Made by a program: the position numbers and the translations under genes. From IMG/VR virus record IMGVR_UViG_2061766007_002263: a DNA stretch of 64,000 bases; one strand, 5' to 3'. The stretch is from a virus. Lineage: Duplodnaviria > Caudoviricetes. Under the pieces are notes generated by a model that worked only from the letters and a program-made list of their open reading frames with translations, searched no databases and had not been told where the DNA came from. Of the stretch, positions 42,021 to 51,835 are shown piece by piece. Each line of letters opens with the position of its first letter. The first letter of the stretch is position 1.

Positions 42021-43229
42021 ATGACAGAGTTCAAAATTAATGCTGAAAATGTAAAAAGACTTTCAACGCTCAGCGGTCAGTCAAAAGACCTTATCTCACT
42101 TACGAAATCAATTTTTTGTCCGTCAGACGGTAATTTATCCGTAAGCTTGTATTCCAATCGTGTAACAATGTCCTTTTCGGTTGACATTACCGGATTCTCT
42201 TCGGACGATACGGAAGAGCTTAACTTCTTTTCGATGCCTATCGAAGAGTTCAATACTACGCTCGCTACCGTGTCCAAAGATGAAAACGACGTACAGATAG
42301 TAGTAGACAAGGCACATAACAAGGTTACGTTCAAAAATGAAACAACTGGAACAAAAGTATCGCGTTCTGTATATAACGCTACAGTTACGATAGACGAAGC
42401 AAAAGCTTCAATTACTGCTGTAGACGATATGCGCGAGAAGTATCTTACAGACCCAGTTACATTGAAAGTAACCAATGAAGTAAGCACGTTCATCGAGACA
42501 ATCGGTAAGATTATGGGTCTCCTTAAATCACAGGACGCGGTTTCGCTTAATGGTACTGTAGCAAAGTACGCAGACCAGCTTGTAGTAATTTCCAAGACAC
42601 TTACGAATCCTGTATCTGATACAGAAGTTCATTTGAAAAAACAGCTTTATGACGCTATAAAGCCTTTCCTCAAGATTACGGACGAGCTTACGGTATATCT
42701 TACCAAAGACTTTTCCATCGCATTCTTTGAGTCGAAAGACCTTGGATTCAAATCTGTCCTCAATCTTGAGAAACCAAGATACGCATTCCCGGAAGATACC
42801 GATTTGAAAATGGCTCTGCCAACAGAAGAAAGACAAGTAGTAGTAAAAACCAGTAAGGCAGCCCTTAAAGACGCTTTCGTTCCGTTCAATAACACTTTCA
42901 AAGCTACGCCCGAAAGCTGGAACTGGAAAAAAACAGATTTGGACTCAAGCCCTGAAAATCTCGCGGACGGCAAGTGGGTATTAAGCTATGCCAACTATAC
43001 GGGTTCCGCAGAAAGCGTGGTTCCGGTTACGGTATTGAATAATACCGAGGGTGGCGAGAACGGCAAGCTCATAGTCTCCATTATGGTATTGGAAGAGCTC
43101 CTGAGCATCATACCAGAGGACGAGCTTACCATTACTTACAATAGTCTTCCGTCCGACACCATGAACGGTGCGCTTATGAAGATTGAAACCGAGACGGTTA
43201 ATGCTTGTGTAACAAAATACAAACCATAA
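42021..43229 (+). CDS. DNA sliding clamp (beta-clamp-like, tentative)
   Basis: 402 aa, acidic, repeating alpha/beta pattern, replication context. Confidence 0.45.
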   Translation: MTEFKINAENVKRLSTLSGQSKDLISLTKSIFCPSDGNLSVSLYSNRVTMSFSVDITGFSSDDTEELNFFSMPIEEFNTTLATVSKDENDVQIVVDKAHNKVTFKNETTGTKVSRSVYNATVTIDEAKASITAVDDMREKYLTDPVTLKVTNEVSTFIETIGKIMGLLKSQDAVSLNGTVAKYADQLVVISKTLTNPVSDTEVHLKKQLYDAIKPFLKITDELTVYLTKDFSIAFFESKDLGFKSVLNLEKPRYAFPEDTDLKMALPTEERQVVVKTSKAALKDAFVPFNNTFKATPESWNWKKTDLDSSPENLADGKWVLSYANYTGSAESVVPVTVLNNTEGGENGKLIVSIMVLEELLSIIPEDELTITYNSLPSDTMNGALMKIETETVNACVTKYKP

Positions 43230-43251
43230 TCCATAAATCGTTCCTTCACTA

Positions 43252-43291
43252 GAAGAAGCAAGTGTTCTTATGAATGCTTGCTTCTTTTTTT
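43252..43291 (+). terminator. intrinsic terminator
   Basis: AAGAAGCAAGTGTTC-TTAT-GAATGCTTGCTTCTT + T-run. Confidence 0.85.
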
Positions 43292-43407
43292 GTCTCTTTT
43301 AATGCAATCTATCTATGAAATAATACTTTCTATTATACTACACAAAAAACAAGTTAATATATATGTAGTATTTTTTAAAGAAAGCAGGAGGTCGTCGGTA
43401 TATACCA

Positions 43408-44196
43408 ATGAATGATAATGTAGCCAGAGTTATAGCCGAGAATGGATACTATGGGAATGTGGATGCCAAACCCGCTACGGAACAGGAACTGTTCTCGTTG
43501 CAGGAGGAGCTGCTTAACCGTAGGGATAAATATGACAAGGAAATAGACGAATGGATTGAGAACACATCCAAACCGAAGCCCGTGGACACGTCCGTAGAGA
43601 TTTGGTCAAAGATGCTTGCTATAATTTACAATTATGCGTCGTCGCTTATAAAAAAAAGAACTACCGGCAGAAAATACATAGAGCCGGATGAAATCTCCGA
43701 TAAAGCTCTTGAGGCTGCGTTTAAGTTCATGTCGGCGTATAACCGTAAGCCTGACTTTGCAATCGGCGCATCATTTGCAGGGAATCTCAGATGGAAAGTA
43801 ATTGAGGTGACTTCCGAGGACAAAAAGATAAGTTTGAACCAGCCGATGTCATACGACGCTCAAGTGGAGCTTATTGATACGCTGCAGGAAGATACATTCA
43901 CGCATATAGGAAGCTTACGGACTAATCTTCAGAATCCTGAGGATATTTACATCAATCAGAATGAGAACATAATTGAGGAAATACTGTCCGAGCTTGACGA
44001 GGTTGTAGGACATGATTCCAAGATTGCGTTCCTGGCAAGGTTATATCTGCTTATAAACCTGCGTGTGCCCCGTACACGGCATATAAGAAGACTGTTCATG
44101 GAGCATTGGTCTACCGAATATAGAGTGGAACAAGTCTTGGAGTCTACGCTTCTTGAGGCTTTCAACAGATGCTCCGGTATCTGTCGGACGGCATAG
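43408..44196 (+). CDS. sigma70-like factor without obvious region 4 (late-sigma-like)
   Basis: DEISDKALEA, SFAGNLRWKV, ISLNQPMSYDAQVELIDTL...NPED. Confidence 0.55.
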   Translation: MNDNVARVIAENGYYGNVDAKPATEQELFSLQEELLNRRDKYDKEIDEWIENTSKPKPVDTSVEIWSKMLAIIYNYASSLIKKRTTGRKYIEPDEISDKALEAAFKFMSAYNRKPDFAIGASFAGNLRWKVIEVTSEDKKISLNQPMSYDAQVELIDTLQEDTFTHIGSLRTNLQNPEDIYINQNENIIEEILSELDEVVGHDSKIAFLARLYLLINLRVPRTRHIRRLFMEHWSTEYRVEQVLESTLLEAFNRCSGICRTA

Positions 44197-44261
44197 TTTT
44201 TTGAAATAGTCTAACTTGAAGTTTCCAACTTCTAGACAGGAAGAAGCTCACTAATTATTAT

Positions 44262-45482
44262 ATGAATAAGTTAGACTATTTATCTTCTATACATGATACA
44301 AATCCACGTGAAATCTATGATACATGGGTCGCGTTCGGTGAGCTTAAAGTAAGCAATAAAACCAAGTTCTTTGCCAAAGACACTATATTCCAAGTGTCGG
44401 AGGAAGGACTGCTCAAGGACGCGATAATCTACTGTCGATACAGCTATACCGTTGAGCCTGACCAAGGCTTTGAACCGATAGACTGGACTACGGCTAATAC
44501 GGATAACATCGAGGGCAGGGTATACTTTTATCAGGGAGTAGTTTCCCCGAACTTCAAGATACTTCTGAATCCCGCCGAGTTCAACGGAATAGACACGACA
44601 GTTCCTACTCCGGATGATTTCATACCTTTTACTGACAATAACGCAAAAACCAGCTCCATTTCTATTTCAGACCAGGAATACATGATTGTCGCCGCAGAGC
44701 TCGGAATCCCTTTTCTGAGGGAAGAGGAGCTTGAATATAACCGTGACGTTATAATAGACATTTGTATCAAGCCTGCGATAGACCAATACTATGCTTTCTT
44801 TCCTATAATAATAGACGAGGCGGTTCCTCATATAGGACCGAATCAAGAATACTTCGTGGAATATCATACATTTCCTGACGACCCAAGTGCCGTGGCTTAT
44901 AAGGGTATTCCGTATATGACTATGGGTGCCGGAGGTGGAACTTCCGCGACATTTGGAACCGGCGCGTTCAGTTTCATGCGTGAGCAGTATACGTCTGGTT
45001 ACATGGGCGGCTCGAACTTCGGTTTCGGAAGAGGGCTTACATATAGCAAGCCGGTTCCGGGTTATACCGGACGCTCTGACGGAGGCTTTATGTCGTCATA
45101 TATACTTGGACGTGCAGCACAGCAAGGCTATATAAATTATAACCGCCGTGAATACGACCGTGACGTTTTTAAGAATAACAAGAGATACATACATGGATTT
45201 ACTTCTACCGGCGGGGCTTTAAATATACACTGGCTTTGTATGTCCAATGATTATGCGCGAATTGATTATTGGATGCTTCCGGAAGTAAGGAAACTCTGCA
45301 CATCATACGCTCTACGCAATCTCGGAGCATTGAGAAGCTTGATAAAGCCGAGCGAAAACAATCCTATAGATTTCAGCAGCATGACAACTCGTGCGGACGC
45401 TTTGGAAAGTAAAGTCCTCGACAGATGGGCAAAAGACCCCAACGCTCTTGCGCTGGCTATTCGTCGCGGAAACTTGGGTTAA
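44262..45482 (+). CDS. neck/head-tail adaptor protein (gp13-like)
   Basis: ELGIP....ELE...IIDICIKPAIDQY pattern; late motif 44250-44257. Confidence 0.55.
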   Translation: MNKLDYLSSIHDTNPREIYDTWVAFGELKVSNKTKFFAKDTIFQVSEEGLLKDAIIYCRYSYTVEPDQGFEPIDWTTANTDNIEGRVYFYQGVVSPNFKILLNPAEFNGIDTTVPTPDDFIPFTDNNAKTSSISISDQEYMIVAAELGIPFLREEELEYNRDVIIDICIKPAIDQYYAFFPIIIDEAVPHIGPNQEYFVEYHTFPDDPSAVAYKGIPYMTMGAGGGTSATFGTGAFSFMREQYTSGYMGGSNFGFGRGLTYSKPVPGYTGRSDGGFMSSYILGRAAQQGYINYNRREYDRDVFKNNKRYIHGFTSTGGALNIHWLCMSNDYARIDYWMLPEVRKLCTSYALRNLGALRSLIKPSENNPIDFSSMTTRADALESKVLDRWAKDPNALALAIRRGNLG

Positions 45483-45510
45483 TTTTAAGTTTATATTTAA
45501 TATCCTCTTT

Positions 45511-47331
45511 ATGGACATAAGTGCTAATGATTATAACAGGTATGCGGCGGAGGCGAAAGAATGGGCTGCGGATAATCTCGGTGGAGATTTCAAATTCCGT
45601 GACTGCCAAATAGACTGCATTGTAAATATCGTAAATAACGTAATGAAAAGTGTGAAGACTCATGTATGCGAGGCTCCAACCGGCACCGGTAAGTCTTTGA
45701 TTGCTTTTATTTCCGCGGGTGTACTTGCGAAGTATCATAATAAGTCCACATACATACTATGTAGCGATACTGCGCTCTTCAAACAATATGAGAATGATAT
45801 AGCAAGATACAATCTAAGCTTTGGATGTGTATGTGGAAAAGATAACTATTATTGCCAGAAGAACGGACAGTCTTTTTCCAACGGCTCATGTCAACAGAAA
45901 GGCTTCTCAATAAAAAAAGTGGCTGTAGGGGATATCTCAGAACGTGGTGATTTTGCGCTTTGCAGCCAGAGTTGCAAATACCTTAACGCCCTTGTAAAAG
46001 GTCATCGCTCGCCGGTAACTGTGCTTACATATCAACTTTGGTTCTGTGCAAATTCAGAGGAAGAAGACGACGAAGGCGTATTTAATTTCTCATGGAAAAA
46101 ACGGGACCTTGTTATATGCGATGAAGCACATAAACTGCCAGATATAGTACAGAGTATCTATTCGCCCAGAATAAATTTAAAAGAAAACGCATACTTGGAC
46201 AACCTTATAAAGTATTCTAAAATGCTTACGAGCGAGGCACTGCCTGAAAGAAGTGATTTCGAGGAAGTGTTCAGGATAATGACGCTCACTATGAACAAAT
46301 CAAATGATTCTGAAGCAGCACGAAGTCAGAATATGATATACTGTCTTAACAAATACTATAAGTTGCTTGGTGCGTTTTATAATGTGACATCAAAATATAC
46401 TGAATCCGTAAGAAAATCAAAACAAGACTATAAGGTAGACCAGACAAAATATCTTAAAGCAATTGTGTTATATAAGCAAGACTATATGATATTTACTGAA
46501 TATCTGAATCTTATAAGGGAATTAGGAACTGTATGGTCGGTTCCGTCAATAATCAATAAAGATACAATCGTATATAACTGTGCTCAGGAATCCAAAATGG
46601 TAAAGGCTTTTTTTCACAATAAAACAAATTGTGAGTTCCTTATGTCCGCCACTATCGGAAACTTGGACAACTTCAGGACAATGATATCGTCAGACGATGA
46701 CAAGTCATTCTCCGCTTCTGAGGCTGACAACGGATTTGATTTCAGCCGTTCGCCGATTTATTACAATGACGCATACCATAAGCTGTCATATCGGGAAAAG
46801 ACTCAGAATCTTCCTCTGGTAATGAGGCAAATAGAGAAAATCTGCTCTTCTTATAAAGGCACTCATGGTATAATCCAGACAGGGAGTTATGAATTCTCAA
46901 AATATGTGTTCGATAATGCGTCGCCAAGCTTAAAGTCCCGGCTTATAAGTTATAACAATGCCTCTGAGCGCAAACAGGCTATAAATAATTTCGAGTCGTT
47001 CCATGGAAAAATCCTTATAGGACCGTCCCTTATAGAAGGGTTGGACTTCGCTGATGATTTGTGCAGGTTTATAATTATAATGAAGCTGCCTTATGCGTCG
47101 CTTGCGGACAGATTGGTTAAAGCTAAAATGGCTGTATATCCGAATTGGTATACGAATGACGTTGTTAATAAAATTATACAAGGTCTCGGCAGAGGAATAA
47201 GAAGTAAGGACGATTGGTGCGAAAGCTACATTCTGGACGGATGTTGGACTGACATTATGACACGCTCTTCCAATCTGCTGACCCCTCAGCTTATCAAGAG
47301 ACTTAAGCCTATAGAAGAAGCAGGCTTTTAA
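45511..47331 (+). CDS. DinG/XPD-family SF2 helicase
   Basis: EAPTGTGKS, DEAH, SAT, EGLDF, QGLGRGIRSKDD; Fe-S cysteines; ATG 45511 follows TTAATAT. Confidence 0.9.
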   Translation: MDISANDYNRYAAEAKEWAADNLGGDFKFRDCQIDCIVNIVNNVMKSVKTHVCEAPTGTGKSLIAFISAGVLAKYHNKSTYILCSDTALFKQYENDIARYNLSFGCVCGKDNYYCQKNGQSFSNGSCQQKGFSIKKVAVGDISERGDFALCSQSCKYLNALVKGHRSPVTVLTYQLWFCANSEEEDDEGVFNFSWKKRDLVICDEAHKLPDIVQSIYSPRINLKENAYLDNLIKYSKMLTSEALPERSDFEEVFRIMTLTMNKSNDSEAARSQNMIYCLNKYYKLLGAFYNVTSKYTESVRKSKQDYKVDQTKYLKAIVLYKQDYMIFTEYLNLIRELGTVWSVPSIINKDTIVYNCAQESKMVKAFFHNKTNCEFLMSATIGNLDNFRTMISSDDDKSFSASEADNGFDFSRSPIYYNDAYHKLSYREKTQNLPLVMRQIEKICSSYKGTHGIIQTGSYEFSKYVFDNASPSLKSRLISYNNASERKQAINNFESFHGKILIGPSLIEGLDFADDLCRFIIIMKLPYASLADRLVKAKMAVYPNWYTNDVVNKIIQGLGRGIRSKDDWCESYILDGCWTDIMTRSSNLLTPQLIKRLKPIEEAGF

Positions 47332-47351
47332 ACGGATTAATATCTACTAAA

Positions 47352-48167
47352 ATGGAAAAGTTTGTACCTTGTAGAAATTGTTTGAATAAAAATGTCTCAT
47401 TGAAATCAGGAAAGCCTATAGCACCTCCGGGATACATTGTGGAAAAATCCAAAGCCGTAGGAACATTGCCGCCTAATGACGAGGTAAGGGAATGCGAGTG
47501 TCATGTAAGATGGCGTAAGAAATACGAGCTTGAGACACTTGCCAAAAGAGCTTCGCTGAACGTCCAGTGGATAGACTATGACCCTGAGAAAGACTACATA
47601 GGAACAGAGTCCAAAAATGAGGTTGAGCGTATTATAAAGTTTGTGAAACGTTCCGTTAATCCCGACGAACCAGCAGACGTGAAATCAGAGCTTGCAGCGT
47701 CTGTAATTTATATGTACGGAACAAACGGAACCCAGAAAACTACGCTCGCAAACTGGATGGGCTTTGAGTTCCTTAAAGCCAAGAAGTCGGTTAGATACAT
47801 ACTCATGAACGAGCTTATAAAAATGCTTCAAAAAGCCGACCGTGACGAACAGATTCAGGCGGTTTTGGAGAAGCTGGAGGACGTTGACCTTCTCCTGATA
47901 GACGAGGCATTTGACAAAAACAAGATTACATTATATAAATCGGCATATCAGATTCCTTTTATAGATACGTTCCTTCGTAACCGCTTGCAGACCAAGCATA
48001 AGGGCATAGTATTCATATCAAACGTAAGTCCTTTTGACATCGAAAACAACGGATTCAATCATTCTATCGAAGACCTCGTAGTAAGAACTATGAAGAATCA
48101 TTTGATGGAATTCAAAGATAGATACGACAGTATTATGTCGGACGTGAACATAGATGATTTGTTCTGA
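47352..48167 (+). CDS. DnaC/IstB-like helicase loader
   Basis: CxxC...CxC, variant Walker A GTNGTQKT, Walker B LLLIDE, ISN; upstream of dnaB. Confidence 0.75.
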   Translation: MEKFVPCRNCLNKNVSLKSGKPIAPPGYIVEKSKAVGTLPPNDEVRECECHVRWRKKYELETLAKRASLNVQWIDYDPEKDYIGTESKNEVERIIKFVKRSVNPDEPADVKSELAASVIYMYGTNGTQKTTLANWMGFEFLKAKKSVRYILMNELIKMLQKADRDEQIQAVLEKLEDVDLLLIDEAFDKNKITLYKSAYQIPFIDTFLRNRLQTKHKGIVFISNVSPFDIENNGFNHSIEDLVVRTMKNHLMEFKDRYDSIMSDVNIDDLF

Positions 48168-48200
48168 ACTTTTTAAATTGTGAGGTAATTTTTAGAAACA

Positions 48201-49607
48201 ATGGCAGAATCCAATCCAATACAAATCGCGGAACTACGGTTGTTGCGGAATCTCTGGGTGAATCCTAATCTCTTGGACAGCCAGGAATATTCCGAGGACT
48301 TGTTCTGCAACCTCTTCTGCAAAACTATATCCAGGGCTATAGATACTCTTACACGTAACGGAACTCCTCTTACTACGGATGCCTTATACATGGAATCCGC
48401 CAAGAATGATTCGTCCATCACACGTGACCTTATAAAAAGCATTACGGAATCAACATCCGAAAGCGGCGAATACATAACCGACATAGTTCAGGTGCTTACC
48501 GACTATAAGCGTTCCATGTCCGCTATAGACCACGTTGACTGTATAAAGAACATCCTTTCCAAAAACAATGTGATTACTCCGGAAATAAGGGAAGAGCTTA
48601 AAGAACATTTCAACGAAGCGGAGAGCAACGTACTTTCCGTGGACAATGACTCCGTAAAAAAAGTTATGACGCTTCCCGAATGGGGCGACCAGTGGATGGA
48701 AGAGTTCAAGCTCCGCACGAACGGAAAAAGATTCTTCTTCAACGAGCCGGTATTTGACGAGCTCGTAGTTGACGGACCTGCTCCCGGTACAGGTGGTCTT
48801 ATAGTGGCGCAGAGTGGACAAGGTAAGTCAACTATGGTTCTGAAGCTCGTAAACGGTTTTATAAACGCTGAGATACCTTGTATCTTTTTCTCGTTGGAGA
48901 TGGGCAGCATAGCCACATATGACCGTCTTCTTGCAAGCCGTATGCAGATTCCATATACCGAGATAGTAAATCCCCCGGATATAGAAAGTTATCAGGCTAT
49001 CTTAGAGAGGGTACAGCAGGAAAGGGAATTCCTTGATAATAACAAAATGTTCCGGTTTTGCGAGGACGCTAATATCTCCATCTCGGATATCAAGAAAGCA
49101 ATAATAAAGTTTCAGGAACAGATAGGTCAGAAATACTGCATAGTAGTCCTCGACCTTATCACGATGATTCAGGATTTCGTTACCACTAAGTCAGGGCTTG
49201 GAATGCCACAGACTATAGAGCTTGCGATAAACAAAATGAACGCTCTTTCCAAGGAGCTCGGTATACATTACATCGGTACAGCGCAGCTTAACCGCGCCGG
49301 AGAGTCAACTACCGTAACAGACCCGGAGGACGTTCTCAGATTCCGCCCCGCAAGACATCAGGTTAAAAACTCAAGCGCATTGCTTGAGAGATGCCGTTAC
49401 GTAATGTCGCTTTTCCGTAAAAAGCATTATTTGGAGCAGTATTTCGGGGACGACGAGGATATAATGAGTGTGGATGATATCGTAGAGCTTCAGATTCTTA
49501 AGCAGAATAACGGTAAGACACCAAGAAGATGTGAGCTTTTTGACGGAGCCACCTTTAGTATGACATATAAACCAGACGATGAGAACGCGGGAGATTTTGA
49601 TGACTAA
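48201..49607 (+). CDS. dnaB: DnaB-like replicative helicase
   Basis: AQSGQGKS, FSLEM, VVLD, AQLNR, KQNNG motifs. Confidence 0.9.
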   Translation: MAESNPIQIAELRLLRNLWVNPNLLDSQEYSEDLFCNLFCKTISRAIDTLTRNGTPLTTDALYMESAKNDSSITRDLIKSITESTSESGEYITDIVQVLTDYKRSMSAIDHVDCIKNILSKNNVITPEIREELKEHFNEAESNVLSVDNDSVKKVMTLPEWGDQWMEEFKLRTNGKRFFFNEPVFDELVVDGPAPGTGGLIVAQSGQGKSTMVLKLVNGFINAEIPCIFFSLEMGSIATYDRLLASRMQIPYTEIVNPPDIESYQAILERVQQEREFLDNNKMFRFCEDANISISDIKKAIIKFQEQIGQKYCIVVLDLITMIQDFVTTKSGLGMPQTIELAINKMNALSKELGIHYIGTAQLNRAGESTTVTDPEDVLRFRPARHQVKNSSALLERCRYVMSLFRKKHYLEQYFGDDEDIMSVDDIVELQILKQNNGKTPRRCELFDGATFSMTYKPDDENAGDFDD

Positions 49608-49842
49608 AGAAACAGAAAAAGAACTTACAGATAAGGAAAAAGCTCTCCTAGCTGTAATAAATAGCAAAGACATAGGAGCCATGAATAAGCTGTACATAGT
49701 ACAACATTTGGTGGATTCCGGTAATAAAGCTGATTCAGTTAGTATCTCTTCGGATAATTGTCCGCTGCCGGATTTGCAGATGCGTCCGAACAGCACAACT
49801 GATTTCAGTAATCTTTTGAAATCAGTCGAAAAATTTGATTAA
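49600..49842 (+). CDS. hypothetical protein
   Basis: GGGAG RBS, overlaps dnaB stop. Confidence 0.6.
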   Translation: MTKETEKELTDKEKALLAVINSKDIGAMNKLYIVQHLVDSGNKADSVSISSDNCPLPDLQMRPNSTTDFSNLLKSVEKFD

Positions 49843-49920
49843 ACTAAGTTAATATGAATAATGTGAGGAAGCAAAGTTCTCCTTCACTTTAATCCTTCTT
49901 TATTGCTTGAATCAAGCAAG

Positions 49921-49987
49921 TAGGGAACTCCTGGTGGATAAGGAGCCGGCCGACGGTGCGAGGAGGTTCGATACCTTCAGTTCCCTA
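49921..49987 (+). ncRNA. tRNA-like RNA lacking a canonical anticodon arm and CCA
   Basis: GGGAACT/AGTTCCC acceptor, GGAGG-TTCGATA-CCTTC T arm, CCT-GGTGGATA-AGG D-like arm, GCCG-GCCGA-CGGT short arm. Confidence 0.65.
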
Positions 49988-49994
49988 GAATGTA

Positions 49995-50122
49995 CGGCAA
50001 AGATGATGCCGGAATTTAGGTCTGTGGAGGGATACCGGATGAGGGTTTGTGTGACCCAAGAGAACAGTATGTTCCGGATTCCGATGAAGCGGAAAAGGCA
50101 AAGGAAATACGCCTTTCATCTT
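49995..50122 (+). ncRNA. putative structured RNA/leader: hairpin array with pseudoknot
   Basis: five to six short stems; loop AAGATGA (50000-50006) complementary to TCATCTT (50116-50122). Confidence 0.45.
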
Positions 50123-50141
50123 AAAGAAAAGAGGTTCAAAA

Positions 50142-50405
50142 ATGAATTTCGAGACACGCAAGTTTACTTATGTAAAAGCAGACGGCTCGCGCTCAGAGCG
50201 CGAGGTTTTCGTAATCGCGGAGAATGATAACTACCTGCAGGGTATCGACCTTGCTCGTGTTTCTTCGTCAGACCGCTCAAAGGTTCTCGCTATGAAGGGT
50301 GAGATTCAGAAGACAGTCGGAAAGAACTCGACTCCTCCGGCGGGCTTCGACAAGAAGTGGAACGACGCTTGGCGTTTGTTCAAGAAATCCGGAATCCGGA
50401 AATAA
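50142..50405 (+). CDS. stand-alone WYL-like (Sm/SH3 barrel) protein
   Basis: FTYVKADGSRSEREV...YLQGID...WRLFK; GAGGT RBS. Confidence 0.7.
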   Translation: MNFETRKFTYVKADGSRSEREVFVIAENDNYLQGIDLARVSSSDRSKVLAMKGEIQKTVGKNSTPPAGFDKKWNDAWRLFKKSGIRK

Positions 50406-50490
50406 TCAAAAACTAAATCCTGCTTTATGTAAAAAATAATTTTAAAAAAGTACCATTTTAAAAATGTTCTATAATAAAATCGTTTTCTTT

Positions 50491-50528
50491 TAAAAAGGAG
50501 CCTTTGTGAAAACATCGGCTCCTTTTTT
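50491..50528. terminator. intrinsic terminator
   Basis: AAAAGGAGCC...GGCTCCTTTT stem. Confidence 0.75.
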
Positions 50529-50628
50529 CTTTTACCCTCTTGACATCTACTAAATATCTATGAACTTAAACGGACATCCAAGCCGTGTTCTTAACTAAAA
50601 CATCAAATTAAGGAGACAATTAAACGAT

Positions 50629-51396
50629 ATGGATAATTTCAGCGATTTCGATACTGACTACTATGGAATGAACAGATTCCAGGATATAATGGAGAACGGT
50701 GGTAATGTAGACATCAATCGTCTCCAGAGCTTTATCAAAGATTCTGTAAATGACCTCGCGGATTTAGGACAAGGAACCGTCCGTCACATTGATTTCGGTA
50801 ACGGTCTCTCCGTAGTATGCGCATGGGAAGAAGCACCAGAATCAGACGACGACGGACGTTTCGTTGACGGCGGATATGAAATCTGCGTTTCTGTACGTGA
50901 AACAGATTCGGCTCCTCGTGTAGAGGAGTGGAATATCCTTTCCGGCTCCGTAGCTCTGACTGAATCAGACGAGAATGAGGATTATAGGGAAGTTGCGGAA
51001 GCACTCTATGCTCAGATAATGGACGCAGACCCGGAGACTGTAGATTCCGAAATGCAGGACAGAGATGAGACAATCTTCGATACGCTCCCTGATTTTAAAG
51101 GCTCATTCGACGAATGGAGCAAAGCTTTGAATGACGACATCGATACGGAAACAAACAAGCCGTTCCTCGGTGTAGACGACATGACCCTCGGAAAGCATAT
51201 GAGCGGAAATGGCTATGTAGGTGACGCGGTAATCTTCAAAGTAAAAACAGACCTCGTAGACGCTGATATGAACGTAATCGACGAATATCTTACGCAGCTT
51301 ATGCCTAAATCAATTTCTGACTGGATTCAGAAAAACGGGTATGATTTCAACTTTGATTTGGAAAGCAAAAACGAGATTGCTTTCGTAGTATGGTAA
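50629..51396 (+). CDS. highly acidic late protein
   Basis: AAGGAG RBS; ACTAAATA 50549-50556; followed by GCCCCG/CGGGGC terminator. Confidence 0.75.
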   Translation: MDNFSDFDTDYYGMNRFQDIMENGGNVDINRLQSFIKDSVNDLADLGQGTVRHIDFGNGLSVVCAWEEAPESDDDGRFVDGGYEICVSVRETDSAPRVEEWNILSGSVALTESDENEDYREVAEALYAQIMDADPETVDSEMQDRDETIFDTLPDFKGSFDEWSKALNDDIDTETNKPFLGVDDMTLGKHMSGNGYVGDAVIFKVKTDLVDADMNVIDEYLTQLMPKSISDWIQKNGYDFNFDLESKNEIAFVVW

Positions 51397-51517
51397 AACA
51401 AAATTAGAAACTGATACGCCCCGTAAAAAATTGCGGGGCATTTTTTATAGTAAAGTGGCAAGAAAACAATTTTTGAAAGACCCAGAATAGCCCTAAAAGT
51501 CGTTTAATATAGTTTTT

Positions 51518-51832
51518 ATGAGATGGAGCAAAATGAATAAAAACGAGAAGCTTTCTATTTTAATTATACTGGTGATTACGTTTATATCTTTGAGCGTGGC
51601 AGTTATAGAATCGAACTTTGGAACCACGCCAAATAAAACGGGGCTAAGTTTAAAAGACTTTTGCGATTTCGAGCGTCTTACTCCGGAATCTTTCAATACG
51701 TCCCATTACGTATACGTAGATAAAAATACCGACGTAATTTATATTACGGATTATGAGAAACGCTACTTTAGCCCGATTATGAAAGCTGACGGTACTTGCC
51801 TTACTTACACGGAATGGAAAAAGGGGAAATAA
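51518..51832 (+). CDS. small membrane-anchored protein (DUF6440-like)
   Basis: N-terminal TM; YVDKNTDVIY...SPIMKADG. Confidence 0.6.
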   Translation: MRWSKMNKNEKLSILIILVITFISLSVAVIESNFGTTPNKTGLSLKDFCDFERLTPESFNTSHYVYVDKNTDVIYITDYEKRYFSPIMKADGTCLTYTEWKKGK

Positions 51833-51835
51833 AAA

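Noticed and set aside
49923-49986. Canonical tRNA or tmRNA gene
   Set aside because: No 7-nt anticodon loop and no CCA; both acceptor strands are adjacent, leaving no room for a tmRNA coding region.
50035-50121. Hammerhead or theta (HDV-like) ribozyme
   Set aside because: CGGATGA and CCGATGA...GAAA resemble the hammerhead core, but stem II or stem I and the cleavage triplet do not form; no HDV P1/P3 pattern follows the tRNA-like element.
49907-50227. 106-aa ORF over the tRNA-like region
   Set aside because: TTG start without RBS, overlaps the WYL gene, and the region is better explained as structured RNA.
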